Positions 27,134 to 37,765 of a stretch of 64,000 nucleotides of DNA are shown in pieces; positions within the stretch are counted from its first letter, which is position 1, and each line of letters begins with the position of its first letter. The position numbers were made by a program, and so were the translations under genes. Under the pieces are notes generated by a model. It was not told where the DNA came from. It did no database searches and saw only the letters and a list, made by a program, of their open reading frames with translations. Origin of the DNA: Epiperipatus broadwayi (lineage: Eukaryota; Animalia; Onychophora); contig JAQFVV010000005.1 of the NCBI GenBank assembly GCA_028023455.1, positions 13,702,001-13,766,000 of the forward strand, read 5' to 3'.

Positions 27134-30100
27134 CACATATGGGCAACCTCCGGCCCGCCACTAATCTATTTCAGCCATGTTTGATTCTGACTGTCAAATT
27201 TTTTAATAGAGTCTAGCGAGAGTTACGTTTGATTTTTACTTTTTGTGCAATTAAATAATTATGTTGTTTAATAAATTTATATCTTTATTTAAGTCTTTTA
27301 ATGATTAAAATTTAAAAACTAAAATTATTAATATTTTAAAATAATGAAAATAAATGTGAAAATGAAGTTCTTGGTAATAGCAAAAAAGCACGTCTTAATT
27401 AGCTGCATGGAACGTATTGAAAAGATTAGAATAGAGCTGGTATTTTTCTGCCAGCTCATACTTATAGGTATATACTCACATATATATATTATTAAAATCG
27501 CATATATATATATTATTTTATAATAAAACTATACTAAAAATAAATAATAAAACTTCTTTTTTCTTTTTTTTTAAAGGGAATTTTAAAAGTTTTGAAATCA
27601 ATTAAATCGAGATTTAAAAAAAAAAAGGGGGGGGGAACAAAACATAAGATCTTGCCGGTTTTTTTTTATATATATAAAAGTTTGTCTTTTGTTTTATTTC
27701 TAATTCTTAGGAATTCTTAAAGATAGAAAGAGAAAGAAAGTCTATTGTTGAGACTTTGATAGTGGAGGTATTTTCGTGCTATTTATTACGCTCATCAGTT
27801 TGGAATGTTTCCTCAGGATTATAAGTAACATTGCAAAAAAAAAACAACAACTATAAATTATGTGATTGTCTTTTGTTTGAGATTAATTGGAATTTTTCTG
27901 AAGTTAGTGACTGGGCAAACCACGGCAAGCATAGGATGAAATACTTCTCCCGCAGGACCATCACTGATTGATCAGGGTAGCTATAAACTTTTACCGAGTA
28001 AACTTTCCATTTTGCATAAAAGAAATAGATATATACTATTAAGTGTCTTAAATGTTTCAACAATAGAGTGTAGAATTATTGCTGGTAATTTTATTATATT
28101 ATGTTAAATGAGTTAAAACAAAGGGAGGAGTTTAAACGCATAGGCTTTAAATGTTTTTTTTTATATGCATTTTATTATAATTCATGTGTGAATCAGATTA
28201 GATTTTTCCTAATAATGTTAACTGCTCGATCTTGAAAGATCAATAAAAAGAATATTAGTTAAATAATTTGTACTGTATTTTTTAAAAAAATGATAATGTT
28301 TGTGTTTAATTTAAGCTTGTATTTGCTCTTTATATATATAAAAAAAGATTCGAGTCAGTTGGAAATGCTATAGTCAAAGAGAATATGCTTTTTTTTTAAA
28401 TTAAAAGTGAATATAATAAAATATATTAAATGTCATATTTGAGTGTCCCTGTTTAATCTGGTTTAGTAATTTAATTCAGTGTACATTTGGCTAAAATAAA
28501 TTCGCATAAGATTATGTTTTAAAAAATATATTTGGTGATTGCCATATTTGTGTAATCTTTGAAAATTTACGAACCAAGTTAAAATGTTGTGGCACAGAAT
28601 GAAATATTAAAAATTTATAACATTAAAAAAAAATGATACATTCACAACTAATTATCATCAAAGAAACAAAAGAAATTATAAAAGTTAATAAATTATTTAC
28701 TGTTATTAAAAATTATTCTCTATTGTTTTTGCAAAAGCAGTTTTTGTAAAGCCAGCAATGGCGATTTCTGCTTTTTCGTGTATTTCCTATGAGCAATCTT
28801 TATTAAAAGAAAATATTTTCAAAGACAATTCCCTATTAGTAATGTACTTTTTGGTTTAATAATAAATGTTTTATAAAAATATTATGTTATAATCATTAGC
28901 AATTATTGAAAATCACTTTTTTTCTCTTATTTAGCTTCTCTCAGAATTAATATTTTGAATAGTTAAGCTGACATCATATGACACTGCAAAACACATTTGT
29001 TTTCTCTCATCAAGATCTCTTTCCCATTTTGACTAGCAGTGTGTGAACATGTTACAATGTGTCATTTTGATACTTGCATTGGGGTTGTGCCTTGTTCAGT
29101 GCTTGTATTTATATTGTGTTCTATCTGGAGTGTAAAAATCGGTTTTTTTTATTTTAATATTTACATTGGGTTTGTGTCTTGTTAAGTGCCTGCATTTATA
29201 TTGTTTTCTGTTCAGTATCTGCAGTGTTAAAAACAGCTTTGTTTGACTTCTGAATATATAGTTTGAAATTTAGAACAATGTCAGGGATTAACTAGATACA
29301 GAGGATCATCAATTTCAAGACAGCTGGACAGAGACAAGTATTATTTTATTCTGAATAAAGGTTTGCCTATATGTTTGTTGTGCAATGAATCCATATCAGT
29401 CAACAAAGAATACAACTTGAAGAAACACTTCAAAACATGCAGATCACCAAAAAATTGATGGACAACTATGAAAAGATGAAATAGAGAAATTGAAGAACTT
29501 GGATACCCAGCAGAAAATGTTCACCAAGTAATAAATGCAGCATGGACGCATTGTGAAAGCCAGCTTTGTGGTAAATGAAAAGTTTGCTAAGCATTCTAAA
29601 TCATTTGGTGAAGGAGATCAAAGAATGTTTGTTGAATGTTGCAAGTATAATATGTCCTGAAAAGAAAAAAGATTTTGAGAATATTAGTTTGTTGAGATGT
29701 ACTGCTGTCCGGTGAATAGAAATCATGGCTGATGATATCCAAAAAAGTTTAAAAGAGAAGATTGCTAGATTCATTTTCAATTGCTTTGGATGACAGCACT
29801 GATGTCTCTGATACAACACAACTAGCAATATTTATTCAGGGAGTTGATGTGGATTTAATATCACAAAAGAATTTTACTTTGGCCCTAAAACAGACAATTA
29901 CTGGTGAAGATATATTTGAAGAAGTCAAAACAGTCTTCAAGATATTTGGTCTTAAATGGAATTCACTATCTGGCATATGCACTGATGGAGCTCCTGCAAT
30001 AGTTGGTGCATGGAAGGGATTTATTGGAATAGTTCATGAAAAAGTAACAAAATTACAGATCCATCTGAAAAATTTAATAAATTTTCATTGCATTATCCAC

Positions 30101-31169
30101 TAACAAAATCTGTGTGCAAAATCAATTAAATTTAGAAATGTTATGGAAGTTGTAGTAATCAGTATTATCTTTATTAAGTCACATGTACTTAATCACTGCA
30201 ATTTAAGGAATATTTGGCAGACTTATTTTCAGATTATGAAAATGTATCTTACTGTGATGTGAGGTGGTTGAGTAAAGGTAAAAGGTTAAAATGATTTATG
30301 ATCCGAGACAAGACAGCAGATTTTATGAACATAAAAGGAAAAACAATTAACCAAGTAAGAGATGATGAGTGGGTGTTTGATTTAGCATTCCTTGTAGATG
30401 TCACTGGATACCTAAATGAAAATCTTAAATTGCAAGAACCAGGACAATTGATTCCTGAACTGTATGGACATGTCAGTGCTTTTTGTAATAAAGTAAAATT
30501 GTTGGAAAGTCAGATAAGAGCTAAAAATTGTTACCGTTTTCCTACTCTAGCAACTCATAAAAATATCCCTTATAATTTGTTATGGAAATCAACTGAAGAC
30601 ATTAATAGAGCAATTTGATACAAGGTTCGCTGACTTCCAAAATAAAGACTCCATATTCACTATATTTTTATCATCCGACGGATGCTGATATAAATAATCT
30701 GCCAGAAAATTTGCAGATGGAACTTATTGAGGTTCAAGCAGATTTAGTGCTAAAATTACAATTTAACAACATTGCTTTGATGGATTTTTATAAACATTTG
30801 GTGGAAGAAAAATATAGAAATGTAGTGCCTTTTCAAAAAGAATTTTGTCTTTTTGGCAGTACATATATGTGTGAACAGTTTATTTCTAGAATGGAATTTA
30901 ATAAATCAAAAATTCTGACAAGAATAACTGACAAAAACCTTGAAAATTCTATGTGATTTTCTTAAGCAGTATTCCCATCAACATTGATAGTTTCATTGTT
31001 GAAGTACAAGGCTAATCCTCACATTAAATTGTTATGTCATTATTATGAAATTTATGTAGCTCTTTATCATTCACTATTATATTGCATTATTTAATTATTT
31101 AGTCTGGCCCTTGACTCGAAGACAGAAAGATAATTTGGCCCCTGAACTAGGAAAGGTTGCCCATGCCTG
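27134..31169 (+). mobile_element. Complete hAT transposon, Buster/Charlie (SPIN/GTF2IRD2-like) group
   Basis: 16-bp TIRs cacatatgggcaacct / aggttgcccatgcctg. Perfect 8-bp TSD GTTTAAAG (27126-27133 and 31170-31177) with the central TA typical of Buster elements. Confidence 0.93.
29278..30956 (+). pseudogene. hAT transposase pseudogene (GTF2IRD2/EPM2AIP1/SPIN-like)
   Basis: ICLLCNESISVNKEYNLKKH, FSIALDDSTDVSDTTQLAIFIQGV, ICTDGAPAIVG, FHCIIH, VRWLSKG, DLAFLVDVTGYLN, FGSTYMCEQFISRM. Multiple stops and frameshifts. Confidence 0.92.
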
Positions 31170-31379
31170 GTTTAAAGTAACAGAGCATAAACAGACTGTC
31201 AAGGTACTGAAGTGCTACAATCTACCCTCATAAAACTGAGAACAAGAAAGTAATGAGCAAGCAGTGTCTATAAACGAAGGGTGAATCTGTGAGAGAAGTG
31301 TAATAGAAAGCAGAGGAGTACTAAGGGGATTGGTTTCGAACAGGCAAACTTACTTGTCGAAATTTATCCAAGTAAAAAT

Positions 31380-31990
31380 ATTTAAAGGGAAAATAGGAGA
31401 ATTAAGAGTCTAAGAGAGCTATTCTGCTTCCAGCAAGTGACTCCAGCTGATCAAGTCATTGTCACTAAACATTATTTACAAAGGTATGCTCAGTTGCTGT
31501 GGGAATGCTACAGGGAAAAACAAAATACGTTCGAACAGTAGGCCAAGTCCTTAGTCAAAACCTTTTGGAGTGAGGAAAAGCAAGACAGAATATACCATAC
31601 TGCCCTGAGAACATTATGGTTCGGTTACCAAGGAAACAGTTTTTCATGCAGGTGGCATGTCTGTGATCTCTGAATGCCTTCTCTTTCACAGAGACTCAAA
31701 TCATCAGGATCATTGAACAAAATATGCCAGAGTTACGTCCAGCAGATGACGGTGGGGTGTCGCATATGTAGCATTAAAGAGAAAGCCGAATTTCTTACTA
31801 CTATAGACTACATGCCATGGCAAAAGGAACTGCCTGAGAAGGTACGGCATATAGAATACCCAAAGGGTCAAGCTGTCAGGATGAGAGAGGCCCAGGCATC
31901 CAGATGTATCAGGTCCGTATCAAGCAATCAAACACAAGAGGCCATTTCAAACTGCAATGCAGTGTATGGCAGAAAACCTAGATCCCACCT
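31380..31990 (+). pseudogene. gag: Gypsy gag (capsid-like) pseudogene
   Basis: IKSLRELFCF..DQVIV..YLQRYAQLLWECYREKQNTFEQ*AKSLVKTFWSEEKQDRI aligns with the gag at 42968 (IRSLKRYFC..DKVII..HLQEHAQRWWEAL..FEGYERALKQAFW..E.QEYI). Confidence 0.78.
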
Positions 31991-32390
31991 GAATTAGATC
32001 ATTTCAGGGGCTAGCTCTTTGTAAATATTACATATAGTATAATATTTGTTTAATGGTTAATATGTAGACTAGTGGCTAGCTAGTTCGGTGTATATATTAA
32101 GAGAGTGGGGTTTCAGTTTTATTTGTGCATTGGATGTACTAGCTTAATAGAAAGGAATAGAGGAGAGTGCAGACTTAATAGGAATGTTAAGAAAATACTA
32201 TAAATACCACGTATAAAAATTAATCAGTGATTGCTCACCAAACCTGTAAAATAAATTCTTTTTTTTTTCATTTTCCATGACTTCAGTGATATGAAACAGT
32301 ATTCTTTATCATATCATTTCACCTACTGAAACAATATGATTTAGCCATCATACAGTTTCATCTACTATATATCATAGTAGTCTTACTTTT

Positions 32391-33225
32391 AAACCTTAAA
32401 ACATCACATGATCACTACCTTCCATGCTTGCTCATAACTGTTGTTAAAATAGGCAAAACTCTCTTCATACAGTAGTGCCACTCTAATCAAGACAGAGTAA
32501 TCAATGGATGCCAGAAGAAATGTGCATAAAATCCCCATCTAGTGCCTACTCATCCAATATCCCCAAACTAGTTTCTGGCTTATGGGCTTCGTCAGTGAGG
32601 AGCCTTGGATCTGAGAGCACTGTACCTAGATCTTAGGATCTCTTTACACAACTACTAAACCATGAGAATAAAATTGAAAATACACAGATATTTTCAATCT
32701 AAGCTCAGTAGCTCAAATAGTCATATGGGTCTGAACTTAGTCCACCACCCATACATTTTGGTGTCTTTGGCTCTTTTACAACCATAGCCACCACCTTCCT
32801 ATAAGGCAGGATTGGTATTAAACCTTAAAACATCACATGATCACTATCTTCCATGCTTGCTCATAACTGTTGTTAAAATAGGCAAAACTCTCTCCATACA
32901 GCAGTGCCACTCTAAGCAAGACAGAGTAATCAATGAATGCCAGAAATTTTGTGAATAAAATCACTATCTAGTGCCTACTCATCCAATATCCCCAAACTAG
33001 TTTCTGGCTTATGGCTTTCGTCAATGAGGAGCCTTGGATCTGAGATCACTACAGCTATCAGATCCAAGGCTCCACACTGACAAAGGCCATAAGCCAGAAA
33101 CTAGTTTGGGGATATTGGATGAGTAGGCACTAGATAGGGATTTTATGCACAAACCTTCTGGCATCCATTGATTATTCTGTCTTGCTTAGAGTGGCACTAC
33201 TGTATGGAGAGAGTTTTGCCCATTT
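32391..33225. mobile_element. Penelope-like-derived repeat: two direct units (429-bp period) plus one inverted unit, each with a hammerhead-like motif
   Basis: aaaccttaaaacatcacatgatcacta occurs at 32391 and 32820. An inverted copy runs from ~33057. Hammerhead cores at 32560-32601 (-), 32989-33030 (-) and 33071-33112 (+). Confidence 0.75.
32560..32601 (-). ncRNA. Minimal type I hammerhead ribozyme-like motif
   Basis: The minus strand reads TCCTCA CTGACGA AGCCCATAAGCCA GAAA CTAGTT TGGGGA. Stem I is CCTCA/TGGGG, the core is intact, and stem III is a short palindromic CTAG. Confidence 0.6.
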
Positions 33226-33286
33226 TGGTCTAACTTTTCATAATTCAAACCCTCAAAGTACATGTATATAATCTTAATAGTTAATC

Positions 33287-36200
33287 TGTAAGAGGATATA
33301 TTTACGCATATGTCCGTGTAATTGTTTCTGCGCACACATCTGCTACATTAATGTTTGTATGTATAATGTATACACTTTTGTAATGTTATATAAATATTTT
33401 ATTTGCGTGTATTTGTATCTGTGCACACATCTGATATATTGGTGTTTGTATGTATAGTGTATATGCCTTTATAATTTTATATATATTTATGATTTAAAAT
33501 TAATTAAATTGGTTTAAGTTGTATACATCGTATATATGTGAGAACATACCCATGTATTATATATGTGTGAAGGTAACTGTAATGTGATAGATTTAGTAAA
33601 CATTACCGATTTTCTAAATTATTTCCGAATTGTCTTTAAAGTTATTTAATTTAAGGAATCGCTGGTATTCGCATATAATTATTAAATTCAGGGGTGTCTG
33701 TCTTATGTATATGCTAGAATGTTGATGGCTTAAATCTTTTAAAAAAAGAAATTCATACAGATTTCTCAGAATTACTTCTCACTAAACTGAGAAACAAAGT
33801 TTTCCAGATTTTGTAAGATAATATTAGAAGCAAAAACAAAGTCATTAACAAGGTCCCGCTTGCAATAAATCCAGCTGGATCATTGTAGTTGCTAAAATTA
33901 ATGATTCATTAAATTTTAAGATTTTGAAAATAAAGATTGCAAATATGTTAATGGCTTGTGAGAGGGAGGAGAATAAAATATAAAACCCCCCGTTTTTAAG
34001 TGAAAGGATTCGATTTTTGTTTACTCTCTTGCTTACTTGTACTCAGGCAGTGAGCCGTTTTTACAATGAAAATCAGTGGTTAGAAATCGCCATTGCTGCC
34101 TCTTTGGCAGACCCATTTATGGAGATGGAAGACCTGAACAACAGCTTACCTGAAAAGATAGCCAATGGAAAGGATGACTGATGAACCAGCCCGTGTATAT
34201 TCCTGCAAGCCATTGCAGACAGAAAACTGGTAACAAATTCTCAAACAATTTCTAACATAATACTATAGCAATTCTAAACATTCCTAAAGCTAGCTGTAGT
34301 ATATAGTAAATGTGCATAAACTCTAAACTTAAATTTCTTATAATAATTAAACTATGTTAGATAAACGTAAATTTAAAATAACTTTAAAAAGCTAATTTGT
34401 AAAATCTTGCTTAATTGAAAATTCTCGTAAATCTTTTAAATTAAACTTGTAAAAACATATTAACTATCCCAGTTATTATTCTGTCTATTCTCATCTATGC
34501 TTATGCCTATATATATATATTGTAACGGAATATATGCCGTTACATTATTTTAAAATGAAAATAAAAAGATCGTAAATAAAATTTGATTTATTAAAAAGAA
34601 AAAAAAACTTAAAAAACTGAAAATTAAAAGTTGTTTAATATATATAGATCGCATGATGGACAACTTTAAAAAACTTTTAAAAAATAAAAATATTTGAAAG
34701 TAATTTTTTTTTGTAAAAAGTAAAGATATAAAGATTGATATTTTAAAAATAGAAATAATGTTGATTTCTATAGTCTTAGAAAATGGAAATGATTGTCTTA
34801 TTAATTAAATGATTGTTCAAAAGCAAACTACCTCGTGAGGCATGTAAAATAAATTAAATGGTCAGATAAGAGAATACAAAGGAATTAAATGACCAATCCA
34901 AACACGAAAATGACAGCACGGACCATAACTGAAACACGAATGGATTAGTGACGTCTTGCTCGTTGAATCTCAAGATCTAATGATAAGAGACTAATAAAAA
35001 TATAAAAGCCAAATTATTATTATAATTGTTATCTGAGAGCTGACTATGAATAGATCGTTATAACTAGCTATATTGCAGATTTTCACGATGTGGAAGTCTG
35101 CAATAAATTTAATTTTCCGGACAACCAGCTGAGGCCTCTGGATGACAGCTCCTGACCAAATGCATGGCAAGTCGCAGTTTCATTTCAAAGGACAAAATCT
35201 ACGAAAGTGATCACGAAGATGGACTTCTCAATCTATTAAATCCGTAAAGTATAAACTATTGTGTCTATCTAATAAGAACTTTCCTAAAATTGCAAGTAAT
35301 TAATAACTGAAAATAACTCTTATCTGACTTAAAGAATGCAAATTCAATTATTGCTATTTTTTTTATGTAGATGTTTAAGCAATCATTTCCAGTTCATTTT
35401 TTTTATGTGTGTATTATGTTCTAACTAAAATGTATTAAATTTAAGTTGTTTATAGACGCTTGCATGGATTCGTTTGCGGTTAATTATATTTTGGTTTTCA
35501 TATTTTATCAAAATATATAGACATTCGATAAATAATGATACCTTACGGTGAGTATCTAAAATGTATTTATTCGGATGTCTTTTAAGTTATTGGTGACAAC
35601 GCAAGTATCTTATGGTGAATACTATTGGGTTACTTATAAGTTTCCCTCTGCGATTGTCGGCATCAATAATTTTGTATTTTGATCATTTATGTTTATTTTG
35701 AAATGTTTTTGACCATGGAATCTATGTAAGCGATCTATACCCAACATTTTAAAGCAAATCTGTGCGATCTATTTAAAATAGTAATTTAAATTTAAAAAAA
35801 AAAAAAAAAATATTAATGTTAAAATCTAAAAATAAATTTAATCTTCAATTTTAAATGTGCGTTAATAAAAATCTATTTGTGTGTTAATTACTGGCAGTGG
35901 CTTCTTTTATTTTATTGTTCTAAATATTTAATATATACTTTGAGAATAGAAGTCTATTGAAACTTATAAATGTTTTAAAATCTCTGCTATTCCACTGAGC
36001 TAGTGACATGGGCTAACGACCGGAATCAAAATTTAAAAAAAAAAAAAAAAAAAAATTTTTTTTTTTTTTTTTGACTTACGTATCTGCCTACTTTATAAAT
36101 TTTTCTAGGTTCAAATGCCTAGATGGCGCCCCGTAGTGCAGATTACGTAAGTCTCCATTCTCCGGATCGTTACAATATATATTATTGCAATCTGTTTATT

Positions 36201-37719
36201 AATTTGTGCTATGCCTTCAGAGTGGAGACTACTAAATATTATAACAGTAAAGAGACACTTTTGTTCTCAGTAAGTTAATTCATGCTGCTTTTTGGTGCAC
36301 GTCTAAATCTCCGGTCTGAAAACCTACTCATATATATTAGTTAAGCTACTATGTTGGTTTGCTTATTAAATGTCTGTTTAGTTAAATATGCAAGTGATAT
36401 GTTAAAGCATATTACGAGTAAATAGTTAATTTTTAAGTTCCAAATATGCTTTAGCCCTCCTTAATATTATCATAAACTATGAAGGTTAATCTGTAAACTA
36501 GATCATTTTAATTAACCCTTTTTAGCACGGTTTAAGTATGCTAATTCACGAATTGGTGTATAGTAGTTTTGCAGAATGAAACTATAGATGTAGCATTTTA
36601 TTAATTTTAATAGTTGATATTTGGAAAGCGTTGCAAATGTGCATTACACCTTGCTATTATATTATTAAAATGGGCTTTTGTTTTAAGGGCCACCCCATTA
36701 TTCTTAGTTTGGACAGCTCTTTTTAAATGGGCTTTGGTTTTAAGGGCCACCCCATTATTCCTTTAGAACTGTAACACAAGTATCCAGAACCGTATATTAA
36801 AGCTGGTCCAATCACCGGACCTAAACATTCACCGACAGCAAGCGTCCGGTACACAGGAACCGAGTAATTGTTACTGAATCCCATGAGTAAAATGCATATT
36901 CAAGCCGCATCTCTTGCTTAATTTGTGTTGTTACTGAATCCCATGAGTAAATGCACATTCAAGCTGCATCTCTTACTTAATTTGTGTAGCGCCGTAATCT
37001 CGGAAGTTACGCTACAAATCACTCTTCATAATATTATTTGTTCAGCATTGATCTGAACTTCAGATCTAGTTTATATAATGCAATCTGCATAAAGAACACA
37101 TTTAGTGTTCCTTATGTAATATAAAAAGATAAGTTTATTTATTGGTTGTCATTCTTGTAAGATTTAACTCTTGGCAAACCGGGTAAGAATGGCAGAGCAC
37201 AATTAAGGCATCATTATAGACCTAGATGAAATTATCAATTTGTAATAATGTTAGAACTAAATGATTAACTGCAGCCTACTGGAGAACTTGTAGTTCACAT
37301 ATTCACGATACCACCTGTGAGTGGAGTATCCAGAGCACTTGATTGTCATTGTTGTTTTACTATAATTAAATATTAAGCATACTGATGGCTGTTGTCTTAT
37401 TCACTGTTTGTATTGAGTCACTTTCCAAATTTATTAATATATACATTATCTAGCCAGCCACAGATGTGTGAGTTTAGTTAAGCTGTCAATTATTTAAGTA
37501 GTATTTCTTGGGTCTGTCTCTTTTTCCACCCTTTGCTACTGTCGGCACGTGAATTAGGAGATTCCGAGTGTGACCATAGGGTAGTAAGTCAGTAAGCATT
37601 GGTTAAGGAGCGGATGCGCAATCGGATTTGAGGTCTCAACCCTTCATCTAGATCAGCCTTGGTATAATTTGCCAAAACTCTGGTTTTTGTTGTGTGAATG
37701 TACAACTATGACTGTTATA
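33287..37719 (+). mobile_element. Probable solo LTR of family A (~2.8 kb without the nested 34521-36174 insertion)
   Basis: Starts tgtaag and ends gactgttata. The sequence rejoined across the nested insertion matches 38940-39010. Carries the family A 3' block. No clear TSD. Confidence 0.6.
34521..36174 (+). mobile_element. Solo LTR (1654 bp) with ATAT target-site duplication
   Basis: Termini TGTAACG...CGTTACA form a 7-bp perfect inverted repeat. ATAT at 34517-34520 and 36175-36178. No PBS or internal region follows. Confidence 0.85.
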
Positions 37720-37765
37720 CTACTATGTTCTGTAGTAGTATATTTTTCCTAGTTTAAGCCCCCCA

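Larger units (their letters stand above)
26068..32220 (+). mobile_element. Decayed Gypsy-like element with gag but no PR/RT/RH, interrupted by a hAT transposon
   Basis: PBS-like TGGCGTAG at 26068. Purine-rich gag N-terminal remnants (ILRSGRET; ORF 26382) lie left of the hAT and a capsid-like gag lies right of it. aggggctagctc followed by tgtaaat (32020) resembles a PPT/3' LTR start. Confidence 0.65.

Noticed and set aside
27720-28060. Possible TTF/ZMYM-type zinc-finger remnant inside the hAT 5' region
   Set aside because: It is too degraded, and the Cys/His spacing could not be recovered in one frame.
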